From: an uncultured Methanomicrobiaceae archaeon
Lineage (GTDB): Archaea; Halobacteriota; Methanomicrobia; Methanomicrobiales; Methanoculleaceae
Direction of reading: 5' to 3'
Assembly: GCA_963826525.1 (NCBI GenBank)
Contig: CAWGXH010000004.1
Span: forward strand, 992,001-1,056,000
DNA length: 64,000 nucleotides
The notes beneath the pieces are model-generated. The model searched no databases. It worked only from the letters and a program-made list of their open reading frames with translations, and had not been told where the DNA came from. A program made the position numbers and the translations under genes. Position 1 is the first letter of the stretch; each line of letters begins with the position of its first letter. Below are positions 9,586-20,086 of this stretch, piece by piece.

Positions 9586-10389
9586 TCACGTTCCCCCATA
9601 TCGTCTGGCGTGATCCCACGACCGGCGGATCTCCCCATGCCGCTCTCCCGGTTCGTAGAGTGAGGCGTCCTCTCGTCCATAGTGCTTCCGGTCTTCACCG
9701 ACCGGGCAGACCTTGATGCAGATGCCGCAGGGAGAGATGTGGCGTTTATTCAGTGCAGCGCTGTGTGCGGCGCAGGTATGCCTGTCGGTCAGGCCCTCCG
9801 GGTAGTCTGCACAGTCGAGCGCACCGGTCGGACAGTGCCTGACGCATTGCATGCACCGGGTGCAGAGCTCGCGGTCGATCATCGGATCCGGCGAGAGCGA
9901 AGCGGCGGTGAGGACGGAACCGAAGCGGATCCGGGGACCGTATCCAGGGGTGAGGACGGTGTTATTGACGCCGAAGGTTCCGAGCCCGGCGAGGAGTGCG
10001 GCGTGCCGGTGCGAGAAGAAGGCGGTGGGGTTTTTCTGAAGCACCTCGATGCTCCCGTAGCCGTCCCGCGGCACGAAGACCGACGGGTACCCCTGTTCGT
10101 TCAAAAATGAGGCAAGACGGTAGGTATACTGGTCGAGGAGGGTGTTTACTGTCCTGTAGAGTTCCCGGTAGTAGATGGAGGGCGAGGTCTCGAGCACCGG
10201 AAGGTGGATGGGGAGGCCGATGACGATCACCGATCGTGCCCCGGGGAATATCGACTGCGGAAAGAACTCCTCAGGCATCCACGGTCGGAACGGGGGATGC
10301 TCCCACCGCTCCACGTTCGCCACCCCGACGAGCGGGATCTCCATCGTCCGGCACCGTTCACTGACGGCCTCTTTCAGTTCATCGATCAT
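9586..10389 (-). CDS. Epoxyqueuosine reductase (QueG)-like 4Fe-4S protein
   Basis: SHRHAALLAGLGTFG..GPRIRF; CTRCMQCVRHCP and CGICIKVCP clusters. Confidence 0.85.
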   Translation of the reverse strand: MIDELKEAVSERCRTMEIPLVGVANVERWEHPPFRPWMPEEFFPQSIFPGARSVIVIGLPIHLPVLETSPSIYYRELYRTVNTLLDQYTYRLASFLNEQGYPSVFVPRDGYGSIEVLQKNPTAFFSHRHAALLAGLGTFGVNNTVLTPGYGPRIRFGSVLTAASLSPDPMIDRELCTRCMQCVRHCPTGALDCADYPEGLTDRHTCAAHSAALNKRHISPCGICIKVCPVGEDRKHYGREDASLYEPGERHGEIRRSWDHARRYGGT

Positions 10390-10520
10390 GCCTTTATCAA
10401 CCGAAGTTCTTCGCAGGCCAGCTACAAAAGGGTGACCGCTCCCTTCTCCATCCCTGTATTCGCACTTCGAACCGGGAAAAATCAGAAATCTTTATCCCAT
10501 GTTGGCACCTCTCCTCATCA

Positions 10521-10811
10521 ATGAGCGAAAAGAAAGGTCATTTTGACAGGGGCCGCTGGATCGAAGACAGCGACCCTGTATCGGAGCCGGAGCCTGCACC
10601 GGCTGCCCCGACGGTTGAAGAACGTATTAACGAGGCATCCCAATCGGTTCAGAAAGCGGTCGGCGACGTGGTCAACTCCGGTCAGCACCTCCTTGGAACA
10701 CCTGAGGGGCATGAGCATATCGAGCGAGCAGCACGAAACGCAGCCGAAAACCTGGAGAGAGCGATTAACGAGTGGGCGGCCTCTGCCCGACTTGCCTTGA
10801 GGAGGTTTTAG
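10521..10811 (+). CDS. Small hypothetical helical protein, paralog of 8564-8873
   Basis: MSEKKGHFDRGRWIE..HLLGTPEGHEHIERAAR. Confidence 0.8.
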   Translation: MSEKKGHFDRGRWIEDSDPVSEPEPAPAAPTVEERINEASQSVQKAVGDVVNSGQHLLGTPEGHEHIERAARNAAENLERAINEWAASARLALRRF

Positions 10812-11095
10812 ACCGGACATCCCTCCGCCGCCACCGCATGGTTCTCGTCGTGCACGGACGGGTCGTGGTAGTGGGTGACCCCCCGCAGATAGTTCAAAGC
10901 ACTATCCGCAGTGCTCCGGGCGATGTGCACTGACGCAGCGATCGAAGATCGGGCAGCTATCGGCATCCAACGAGCACCGTCCTGACCGGCCTGCCGGAGA
11001 CGGCTTTGCACCCGCCGCATTCGGCCTCATGATTGCACTCCGCGCAGACGACATCGCAGACTCCCGGAAAAGAGGTGAGATCGAATGGCCCGTCC
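10808..11095 (-). pseudogene. Cys-rich small protein remnant (DUF3795-like)
   Basis: FPGVCDVVCAEC..ECGGCKAVSGRP, then a frame break. Confidence 0.45.
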
Positions 11096-11156
11096 GGCAT
11101 CGCCCCGAACGGCCTGCAGAGAATTGCAGAAATAGGGATATCGGAAAAGCGCAGGC

Positions 11157-12578
11157 TTATGCTCCCGTCGCCGTCACCTGCCGTATTTTCAGCCCTGCTG
11201 TGAAGTGGCGTGCCCAGAGATATCCAAGCAGCGCACCGACGGCGTTGCCTGCGGCAACTCCCCACCAGACACCGTCAAGACCCATCCCGAAGACCAGTGC
11301 GAAGAGCCAGACGAAGAGTGCCGAGAGGACGACTGTCTGCAGGATGGTGATCGTAAGGGAGTATGCACCCCGGCCGGTTCCCTGGAAGAGCGAGGACGAA
11401 CAGAGACCGAACCCGACGATCGGATAGACCAGACTCATAATCCGAAGAAATATCGTCAGCTCCGCGGTGATTCCCGAAGCATCGTCTGCGGCTGCGAAGG
11501 CCGCGGCGATCCGGGGGGCGAGGATGAACGTGGCCGCAGCGATGGCTCCGCCGATGACAAGCCCAAGATGGACCGCATAGAGGAGTGTGGACTCCATCTT
11601 TGCGTACGCCTCCGCTCCATACGTGGCTCCGGTGACGGCAACCACTGCCGTCGAGATGGCGAGGATCGGAGTTAAGCCGATGCTCACCACCCTCCACCCG
11701 ACCGAGTAGATCGCAATACCGTCGGTGCTCGCGATGAGGACGATGATGCCGTTTAAGACGAGTGTCGTCAACGCCAGAACGAGCTGTTCTGCGGCGGCGG
11801 GGCAGCCGACCTGCAGAATATCTCTGATGATCGCCGAATCCGGAGCGAACCGGCGCAGGCTGAGCGAGACGTAGGTATCCTTCTTTATGAATAGCCAGTA
11901 TGCCATGGGGGCTGCGGCCAGGACCTCGGCAAGGATCGTCGCCCACGCCGCGCCGGCGATGCCCATATCGAGGGTGTAGATCAGGATCGGATCGAGGATG
12001 ATGTTTGCCACTGCTCCGAGAGCCATGGCGTACATGGTGCGTTTTGCATCCCCTTCGCCGTGCAGGACTGCGTAGGCGACCTCGCCGAAGAGGAGAAAGA
12101 TCGTTCCGAGGAAGAGAATCCGGGTATACTCGGTGGCCATGCCGGCGGCCTCGCCCGCTCCCATGAGGATGAAGAGGTCGCCTGCAACGAAAGTCAGCGG
12201 CACGGTGACCACGGCAGCGAGGATCGTCATCAGGAGAATGGTGTGCATGGCCACGCTGTCCGCCCCGGCCTTGTCCCTGGCGCCGATCATCCGCGAGAGT
12301 GCGGCTTCACCGCCGGTTCCAAGGCCGCTCGCGAGCCCGATGGTGATAATGAAGAGCGGGAATGAGAACCCAACCGCGGCAAGGGCACCGGCGCCGAGGC
12401 CCGAGACCCAGAATGCGTCGACGACATTGTAGAGCGTCAGCAGGGTCATGGCGATCATCATCGGTACGGAGAGTCTGATGATCGCGGCTTTCGGGTCGGC
12501 GAGAAGTGTTCTGGTTCCTTCTGTTTCTTTTGGCTGGTTATTGAACGGTGTGCTGTCTTCGGAGTCGCTGGTCGGCAT
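11157..12578 (-). CDS. MATE family efflux transporter
   Basis: About 12 TM helices; LYNVVDAFWVSGLGAGALAAVG; NIILDPILIYTLDMGIAGAAWAT. Confidence 0.95.
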   Translation of the reverse strand: MPTSDSEDSTPFNNQPKETEGTRTLLADPKAAIIRLSVPMMIAMTLLTLYNVVDAFWVSGLGAGALAAVGFSFPLFIITIGLASGLGTGGEAALSRMIGARDKAGADSVAMHTILLMTILAAVVTVPLTFVAGDLFILMGAGEAAGMATEYTRILFLGTIFLLFGEVAYAVLHGEGDAKRTMYAMALGAVANIILDPILIYTLDMGIAGAAWATILAEVLAAAPMAYWLFIKKDTYVSLSLRRFAPDSAIIRDILQVGCPAAAEQLVLALTTLVLNGIIVLIASTDGIAIYSVGWRVVSIGLTPILAISTAVVAVTGATYGAEAYAKMESTLLYAVHLGLVIGGAIAAATFILAPRIAAAFAAADDASGITAELTIFLRIMSLVYPIVGFGLCSSSLFQGTGRGAYSLTITILQTVVLSALFVWLFALVFGMGLDGVWWGVAAGNAVGALLGYLWARHFTAGLKIRQVTATGA

Positions 12579-13193
12579 ACATATCGCCTACTGGCGTGCC
12601 CTTTTCGTGGGTCCCTGGTTCATTCGGGAGGCGAATACCGGAGGTCCCGGGCACTGTACCTGTCTGTGAACGGTGATTGCTGATCCTGCCCGGGGGGAGG
12701 GGAGAAACCGCAAGCGGATGTGCGGAACTCTCAGAAAAAGACTCTCTATTTGAGCTGGATATCGTTATCCCTGAAATGAATGGGGCTGGATCAGTAGTTA
12801 GAGGTTTCTATCTCTCACCGGATGTGGACAGATGACAGGGGTGCCGTCCCGATCCCGGGCTCCTGCACCGTCACGCTGCCGGAAGGACGGCCGCTCCAGC
12901 GCAGATGAGGCTTTTCTCCTCTCTGCAGCCCGAAAGCATCATGCGGTTTATGGGGCATAGTGCGTGCGATGCCCTCATGACCATCTCCTCTGCAGGTCTT
13001 GGCCAGGCCGGAGGGGTAGCGATGGTCGCCTGACCGACTCCCCGCTCCCCGGTTGGAAGCGGTTCATGCCGATCTCCTGCCGCCCCGGGTTCTGATGGCA
13101 GGCGGGGCATGTGGTTTTTGCCGTCAGTCGGGAAAAGTATGGGGGGGGTCCGGGACGAATGGAGGCGGTGCAAAAAAGGGTGCTCTTCCCGGG

Positions 13194-13658
13194 TTACCAT
13201 ATTTCGGGGAAAGCCATGTTGGTGTAAATATCCTCAAGTCGTGCTTTGTGACCTTTCTCCATAGTGGCAAGCTCCCGGAAGAGTTCCCTCTGTCCGGCAT
13301 CGGTGCTGGCATCGGCGAGTGCCGTATACATCTGCATGGAGTGCAGTTCTTTTCCGATAGCGAGTCGTATTCCGTCGAGGGGCTTCATGTCGACGGTAAG
13401 TTCTGGCTCATTGGGATCATCGGTAACCCGGTAACTCTTCTTCTCTTCAAAGTGCAGAGCTCCTCCTCCCGTTGCCATGAGGCTCTGCAGTTGCTCTTTA
13501 TGCTTCATCTCGTCCCCGGCAAGATCGTTGAAGATGGTTCGAAGAGCTTCGTCCGCGACCTTCTCCGATACTGCTCTGTAGAACCTGTACGACCTTTCCT
13601 CTTTGCCGACAGCGTCGGTCATGATCTTCTGGTAATCTGTCTTGTTCATGGAGATCAT
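13194..13658 (-). CDS. Rubrerythrin/ferritin-like di-iron protein without rubredoxin domain
   Basis: Two E..ExxH units (EERSYRFY..DEMKH; ELHSMQMY..MEKGH). Confidence 0.9.
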   Translation of the reverse strand: MISMNKTDYQKIMTDAVGKEERSYRFYRAVSEKVADEALRTIFNDLAGDEMKHKEQLQSLMATGGGALHFEEKKSYRVTDDPNEPELTVDMKPLDGIRLAIGKELHSMQMYTALADASTDAGQRELFRELATMEKGHKARLEDIYTNMAFPEIW

Positions 13659-13714
13659 GGAGATCCCCCCCTCTTGGTCTCCGCCCGTCTCTATGCCGAT
13701 GGGCGGGGCTGATG

Positions 13715-13770
13715 TTCGTAATGCTACAATCAGTTCCGCCCTTTACGAACTAAGACTTATTTATTCCTTT
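13715..13770. promoter_or_regulatory. Two tandem MsvR-type boxes next to the TATA box of the rubrerythrin-like gene
   Basis: TTCGTA-atgc-TACAAT (13715-13730) and TTCCGC-cctt-TACGAA (13734-13749); minus-strand ATAAATA near 13758-13764. Confidence 0.6.
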
Positions 13771-13805
13771 TGATCAATAGTAATGGGAGAAGTGAGCACC
13801 CTGTT

Positions 13806-14583
13806 ATGACATCTATCCGGCACCCGGACGATATGCGGTTCGACCGTATCGAACTCTTTTCAGTCGGGAGGAGAGATCTACGCTGTGAAAAGTCCGGTTC
13901 GGGTCAGGATCCTCTCGCTGCTCCGGGAGCGGGAGATGGGATTCGACGAGCTCGTCGCAGACTCCGGGCGGGCGAAGTCGACCATCTCCATCCACCTCAA
14001 GGATCTCGCCCTGGAAGGCATCCTTGAGTCGAAACCCGATCCCCTGGATAGCCGGAAGAAGGTCTTCTCGATCTGCCCCGGATACCTCGGCAGCCTCTCG
14101 GCTCACGATCGCATCGACGAGGATATTGGTGCCTTCGTCCTCTCCGCACTGCAACGGGATGCGGATCCGTCATCCGTATTTAAAGCCCTCTTTCAGGCGA
14201 CTCGCCTCGCACTGATGCGGGAAGGGGTGACGGTCGACCCGATCCTCTACGCTGCGGGCAGCAGCGTCGGGCAGGCGCTCTCCGGGCAGATCAACGCGCC
14301 TGATCTCGACACACTGCTCCAAAACATCGGCGCCTTCTGGGATGAGCGCGGGCTCGGCCGCCTTGAGGTCGTCAGCCGTGATCCCCTCACGCTCGATATC
14401 TACAACTGCTACGAGTGTCAGGATTTCCCGCCGCTCGGAAGGCCGGTCTGTGCATTCGATGCCGGTATTCTCGCCGCCCTCTTTGAGGTTCACTTCCGGG
14501 AAGAGCAGATTGTCACCGAGACGAAATGCTATGCCATGAACGATACCTGCTGCCGGTTTGTGGTGCTGCCGCGGACGGAGTAG
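13806..14583 (+). CDS. msvR: ArsR-HTH + V4R redox-sensing regulator, MsvR-like (frameshift near 13870)
   Basis: IELFS..YAVKSPVRVRILSLL HTH; V4R cysteines NCYEC, PVCAFDAG, ETKCYAMNDTCCRF; divergent from a rubrerythrin-like gene. Confidence 0.75.
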
Positions 14584-14720
14584 TCTTTCCGGTTGCTGAC
14601 CGCCGGGCTCCTCCGGGGCAGATGGCGTCCGGTGCTCTGTAGCCCTGGATGCAATCGGCATAATTATCCGATTTTAACGGTGGTATCAGAGACCGGATTG
14701 GCAAACGGATTGCGGAGTAT

Positions 14721-14860
14721 ATCTGTCTGATTTCTGAAAAACGGGAGAATTGTCGGGCTATAGCGGCTCTATGAGCATCAGTAATTTTCGGAGGGTGCCT
14801 CCCCTGCCTCGCCTCGGGATCGGCCGGGAGTGCGGGTATTTATGCGTTACCTGACCGGAG
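14721..14860. repeat. Degenerate dispersed repeat, copy A
   Basis: Aligns without gaps to 17921-18027 (about 80 of 107 nt by hand count), then to 18065-18104. Confidence 0.75.
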
Positions 14861-15118
14861 CCGCGCCGGGCACCGAAGAACCAGGGCGATGTGCTGCAGC
14901 GATCACCGGGAGCAGAGAAACTCGCCCGGCCGTATGATCGAAAGAAGGGGATATGTCTGTCATCGAGGAGATACGCAGGCTCGACCGGTGGGAAAAAGGA
15001 GGGCGGGCAGGATCACGCCCCACCGCGTATCGGGTTGCATCCCGCTCGATCCACAGCTGACGGTCAGGGTCACGCTGGAACGGGGACCCGTGGTATCCGC
15101 TCGAAACCGGCTGCTGCA

Positions 15119-15403
15119 TCAGACCGGCGGACTCCCAGATAATCCATTCCTCTGCGATTTTGCCGTTGACGACCCGGGAGACCGATATCCCCTGGACTGA
15201 AAATTTCCGTCCGGTCGGTGGCCGGCCCAGAGCTCTGTTCCCGAATCGGTTCCGCTTGAGGTCCAGCAGGTCGTCACCACATCGCCTTCGGCGACCTGAC
15301 CCCTGACGGTGACGACCTGGTCGGGGAATGCATTCCAGTATGATGCATTGATCCGTCTCCAGCCATTCGCCCCTCCGCTGAAATCATTCATCGGATCATG
15401 CAT
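15119..15403 (-). pseudogene. SnoaL-like ester cyclase remnant
   Basis: YWNAFPDQVVTVRGQVAEGDVVTTCWTSSGT, then frame decay. Confidence 0.65.
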
Positions 15404-15679
15404 CTCGTAGTCGCGGGCTGAGCATCGATACGCCAAGATCCAGATTATGGTTTTTGTAGACCTGCTCGTAAAACCTGCGTACAAGTGCTTTGTTCTCCTC
15501 TATCGACATATTTACCTCCTTTTCACCCTGTTGGGCGATCCGCTGCGACGACTGTGAATGCTTTCTGTCCGGGTGCTCTCACGTGTGACTGGCGGTCTGT
15601 CTCCGGTTCATCCAGGTCTGCCGGGTGTTCGCCGTCGTCCGGTCTGCGTGACGATAAAATGTGCGGTGAACACCGGGAA

Positions 15680-15975
15680 GCTGTACGTACCATCCGGATG
15701 TCGCAGCTTGAGTGCCTCAGGATCATCTGATCCTATCAATGGATTTCGGGACCGGGGGTTTGGTGAACAACTCCGGGCAGAAACCCGGGCGGTTCATCCT
15801 GGCAACGAACGATATGGAGATGTCTGCCGATGGACTGCTCGCAAACAACACAGGGCAGGGGGCGGTGGAACGGGGATTCCGGTTCCTGAAGGACACGTCG
15901 TTCCGGGTTGCAGAGGTCTTTTTGAAGAATACCTCATGTGTTCAGGCGCTGGCGATGATCATTCGCCCCGCTGTG
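15680..15975 (+). mobile_element. IS1634-family transposase fragment (internally deleted relic)
   Basis: GRFILATND..LL....GQGAVERGFRFLKDTSFRVAEVFLKNTSCVQALAMI. Confidence 0.8.
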
Positions 15976-16126
15976 GTTGAGACGCTGCCTCACCCGGTGG
16001 CCTGCATTCTATAATCCGGCCGGCGAGCCCGGCAGAGCGCGTAATCTGCCGAACTCGCGCCTCCTTTCTGCAAACGGCTCTCTAAAATTCCGGCATCTTT
16101 TACTAGATGATGCACAATCTTTAATT

Positions 16127-17780
16127 ATGCGAATATATGCAATCGTTGCCCTTCTCATCGCCGTCGCGGTGCTCGGAGCGGGCTGCACGGAAGATGGCCG
16201 GCCGTCTCCGCAGATAACTCAGGAGTCGGTCTTAAGCGATGCCGTCTCCGGGATAAACGATGAACTCGAGTCGGTCAGAGTATCGGTCGGAGAGAATGCC
16301 CGGGTGCTCGGGGAGACCGGGCTTACCGGTGCTGCGGGGAGGGAGGCACTGAAGCAGACGCTGCTGAAGTACCCCTGGGCCGAGTCGTCCCTCGTGATAT
16401 CGAAAGACGGTATCGTGGTTATGGCCGTGCCCGAGAACTACGGGGATATCGTGAACATGAACCTTTCCTACCAGTCCCCGGTGCAGCGGGCGAACCGGGA
16501 ACAGGTGCCGATCGTCAGCGAGGTCTTCTACCTGGAGGAAGGGTTCTACGGGATCTCCCAGAGTTATCCGGTCTTCGGGACCGAGTACCTGGGATACACG
16601 GATATCACGTACAGGTCCGATATCCTCATCGGGCGGGTAGTGGCGCCCCTCATCAACGGGACGCCGTATGACGCCTGGGCGACGCAGACCGACGGGCGGG
16701 TAATCTACGACACGACTCCGGAAGAGATTGGAAAGAACCTCTTTTCAGACCCGGTATACCAGTCCCCGGGACTCCAGGAGGCGTTTACTCGTATCGTCTC
16801 CGAGCCCTCCGGGTCCCTTGAGTACTCGTTCTATGACCTGAACTGGGAACGGAACGTGACGAAGGAGGCGAGGTGGGATACCGCCGGCATCGACGGGGCG
16901 GAGTGGCGCATCGTCATCACGCGGAGTCTGGATGCAGGAGAGCGGCAGCAGGCCGCCAGCAGCGGCAGACCGCCTGCGGCAAATGCGACCGACGAGATGA
17001 AGAGTCTTCGTTGCCGAGGCGGCTGCATATGCACGGGAGCACGGCCGCACGGAGGCTCTTTCCGCGTTCAACAACCCTGATGGGGAGTTTGTCCGCGAGG
17101 ACCTCTACATCTTTGCCTATGCTATGAACGGCACCGTCCTTGCCCTCCCCTTCCAGCAGGGTCTCATCGGCACGGACCGGAGAGGGGTGCACGACACCAA
17201 CGGTGTGGCCTATATCGACGGCATGACCCGGGTTGCGGCGGAAGGGGGCGGCAGCCTCTACTATGTCTACCCGAATCCGGCGAACGGGTATGCCGAAGAG
17301 CTCAAACTCGGGTATGCCATGCCGGTGGATGAGGAGTGGTTCGTCGGTTCGGGCGTCTACATCCCGGGAGCCGGTACCGGGTTTAACGCGAGCGAACGGG
17401 ATGCACTCGTGCAGCGGGTGAAGGCTGCACGGGATTATGCCCAGGAGCACGGGAAAGAGGCGGCCTCTGCCGCGTTCAATGATCTCGCCGGGCCTTTTGC
17501 CGACGGCGGGGCATACATCTTTGCATACGGCATGGACGGGGAGACGCTGGCGCTTCCTTACCAGCCCGAATTAATCGGCAGCAACCGCATCGGCTTTGAG
17601 GACCGGTATGGCGTAAAAATAATCGACTGGGAGATCGCCGCTGCACAAGCCGGGGGCGGGTTTGTGTACGTCACGTACTATAACCCGGATACCGGCAGTG
17701 ACGGGTTGAAGCTCTGCTATGTCGTTCCGGTGGATGATGGGTGGTTCGTCGGCTCCGGCGTCTATGCTGAGAGTACCTGA
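16127..17780 (+). CDS. Lipoprotein composed of Cache sensor domains (frameshift near 17005)
   Basis: Lipobox VLGAGC; dCache-like region, then two sCache_2-like repeats (YIFAY..G..LALP..GGG..Y.Y.NP..K..Y..PVD..WFVGSGVY). Confidence 0.8.
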
Positions 17781-17920
17781 TCGCGGAGAAGTGATCTCCA
17801 TGGTGAGGTCGGCGAGGGGGCACCCCCCTTCGTCCTGAAATATGGTCTATTCGGGGGTATTTTTCTGTTTTACCGCTTTTTCCAGAGGGTGAATTTTACC
17901 AAATGTGTTCCTCCAAGCAT

Positions 17921-18104
17921 ATCACCCTGATTCCTGAAAACCGGTATTATCGCTGAGATATACTGGCCATATGAGCGGCGGTAATTTTTGGAGGGTGTAT
18001 ACCATGCCTCGCCTTGAGATCGGCCGGCTGCGGGCTTCTGTGAGGGTCGAAATTCCGGAGGATTCGGCCGGGATTGTGGATATTTAAGGGTTGCTTGACC
18101 GGAG
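17921..18104. repeat. Degenerate dispersed repeat, copy B
   Basis: Matches copy A at 14721-14860; contains an extra 44 nt between two CGGCCGG motifs. Confidence 0.75.
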
Positions 18105-18340
18105 TGGTGGGCAGGAGCCCTACCGCCCGCGGTGAGGAAGTCCGCTGCCCGGATCACGTCGACCGCCGACCCGTCCCGGATATGCCGGAGCCACCAGGGC
18201 GGTGGCAGGCCGCCTGGCTCTCCGGCCACCGGCGGATCGGTGCCGCCCATGGTGCAGAGGAACGCCGCGTCCACCTCCCCGGTCAACTCCACACGGCTGT
18301 ACCTGCTCCCTCCCGAACCGGATCGATCCGTGATCTCCGA

Positions 18341-19150
18341 TTACAGGTTGCTGAAGAACGACCTCCCCCCGACGCCGGAATTTTCTTCTTTGTTCTTCAC
18401 CCTGCAGAGCCTCACCTCTCTGTTCGGGCAGCCTCCGCCACGGCAATCGGCCTTGCTGCCGCGGTATTCCATGAGAGATCGCCAGATGATCGCAGCGAGG
18501 ATAGCGCCGAGGATCGGTGCGACCCAGAAGAGCCAGAGTTGTGAGAGGGCTTCACCACCCGCGAAGATAGCCGGCCCAAGGCTTCGTGCCGGGTTGACGG
18601 AGGTGCTATCCACCGGGATTGTCGCTATATGAACCATTGCGAGCGCAATTCCTATTGCAAGACCTGCGAACCCTTTTAGTTTCTCGATACTTGTTGCGGC
18701 CAGGATCACAAAGACGAACAGGGCGGTCATCACCACTTCCGAAATGAAGGCTGCCTCGAGCGAGTAGCCGCCCGGTGACGCTTCCCCGTATCCGTTCTGG
18801 CCAAGGCCGTCAGCGGCAAGGGAATATGCAGGGGTTCCCGTCGCTATGGCAAGCACCACCCCGGCGGCGATGATTGCTCCGATACACTGGACGATGATAT
18901 AGACGATCGCCTCCCTTACCGATATCCTGCCAAGAGCAAGCACTCCTATCGTCACTGCGGGGTTCACGTGGCACCCGGAAACCTCCCCGATGGCATATAC
19001 CATCGAAAGAAGGACCAGTCCGAAGGCGAATGCTATACCCAGATAACCAATCTCGTCGCCTGCGATCACCACGCTTCCGACCCCGATAAGGACCAGCGCA
19101 AAGGTTCCGAACAGCTCGGCACCATATTTTCTCATCGCGTTTGCAGTCAT
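18341..19150 (-). CDS. aqpZ: Aquaporin Z-like MIP channel (C-terminal end uncertain)
   Basis: Two NPA boxes (SGCHVNPAVT, SVNPARS); NGYGEASPGGYSL loop; LWLFWVAPILG. Confidence 0.88.
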   Translation of the reverse strand: MTANAMRKYGAELFGTFALVLIGVGSVVIAGDEIGYLGIAFAFGLVLLSMVYAIGEVSGCHVNPAVTIGVLALGRISVREAIVYIIVQCIGAIIAAGVVLAIATGTPAYSLAADGLGQNGYGEASPGGYSLEAAFISEVVMTALFVFVILAATSIEKLKGFAGLAIGIALAMVHIATIPVDSTSVNPARSLGPAIFAGGEALSQLWLFWVAPILGAILAAIIWRSLMEYRGSKADCRGGGCPNREVRLCRVKNKEENSGVGGRSFFSNL

Positions 19151-19605
19151 TGTCCTGTCACTCCCGGGGGGTTCGGAGAAGATTCGGGTTCCTCGCCCTG
19201 AAGGAGAATTTGCTCCTGAACAGGGGAGTGTGATTGGTGCAGTATGAGAACGGCGGCCTGAGCTGATAACTGAAGTTGCGGCTGGTGCGGGAGAACCATG
19301 GCCTCTCCTGAGTGGGGGAAATGCCTGTTCTCATATAAATATGTCGGTGTCCGGGTCAGGGTGAAGATACGGAGAGAGTAGCCTGGCAGGGAAGATGGTT
19401 GCACAGAGTCCGTTTTGGTCTCTCGGATTGCCAGGTCTTCGGTCGCAGCGATGGCTGTCACTGCACATGATCCCGGGCGTGTGGAGCAGTGCCGGTCGTG
19501 GCGCAGAGGAACGACGCGCCCATCTCCGCCACGTACCGTGTCTCGTCGAACGACCGGAATACTCACGCTCCCGGGCGCCTTCTCGCCGTTTCCGAAGAAC
19601 CGCTC

Positions 19606-20086
19606 CTAGGCGGGAACCTCTGCGCTGATGCCGAAGGCCTCGGAGATCTCGTTAAGAACCACCTTTTCCGGATCGCTGACGGCAACACCGTGCTCTTTTG
19701 CTGCTTCGGCCACCTTCCTGCCTATCGCCAGTACCCACTTTTTATAGGCCATCGCCTCGTCGGGAGAGTACCTTGGACAGCGCTTCCGAAGCAGACTTTG
19801 CTGCCTCGATGGTCGTATTCCGGTAACCCGTCGGGTCGTGCCTCGCCAGAGTCTGTTGCTCTTTAATGAGCGCCTTTTCCTCTGACTGCATCTCGGCGGA
19901 CACCAGGCCGACCAGAGCACTCCCGCTTTCGGCTGCCAGCTTCACGGGTTCCTGCATCATGGCTTTCGTCTCGCCCCATGCCCCCAGGAACGATGGTGCT
20001 GCTTCAATTACCGCCATCGAAATCGCGTACGGCAGGCTGACAAGGTTCTTCCATTCTTCATCCGTAAAGTTCTCCTTCAGTTCCAT
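19606..20086 (-). CDS. Conserved hypothetical all-helical protein (frameshift near 19770)
   Basis: MELKENFTDEEW.. joined to ..EAMAYKKWVLAIGRKVAEAAKE..VSDPEKVVL. Confidence 0.65.

Noticed and set aside
12871-13200. Possible Ohr/OsmC remnant (..ASHALCPINRM)
   Set aside because: Only a few residues resemble the family and the rest of the ORF is not protein-like.
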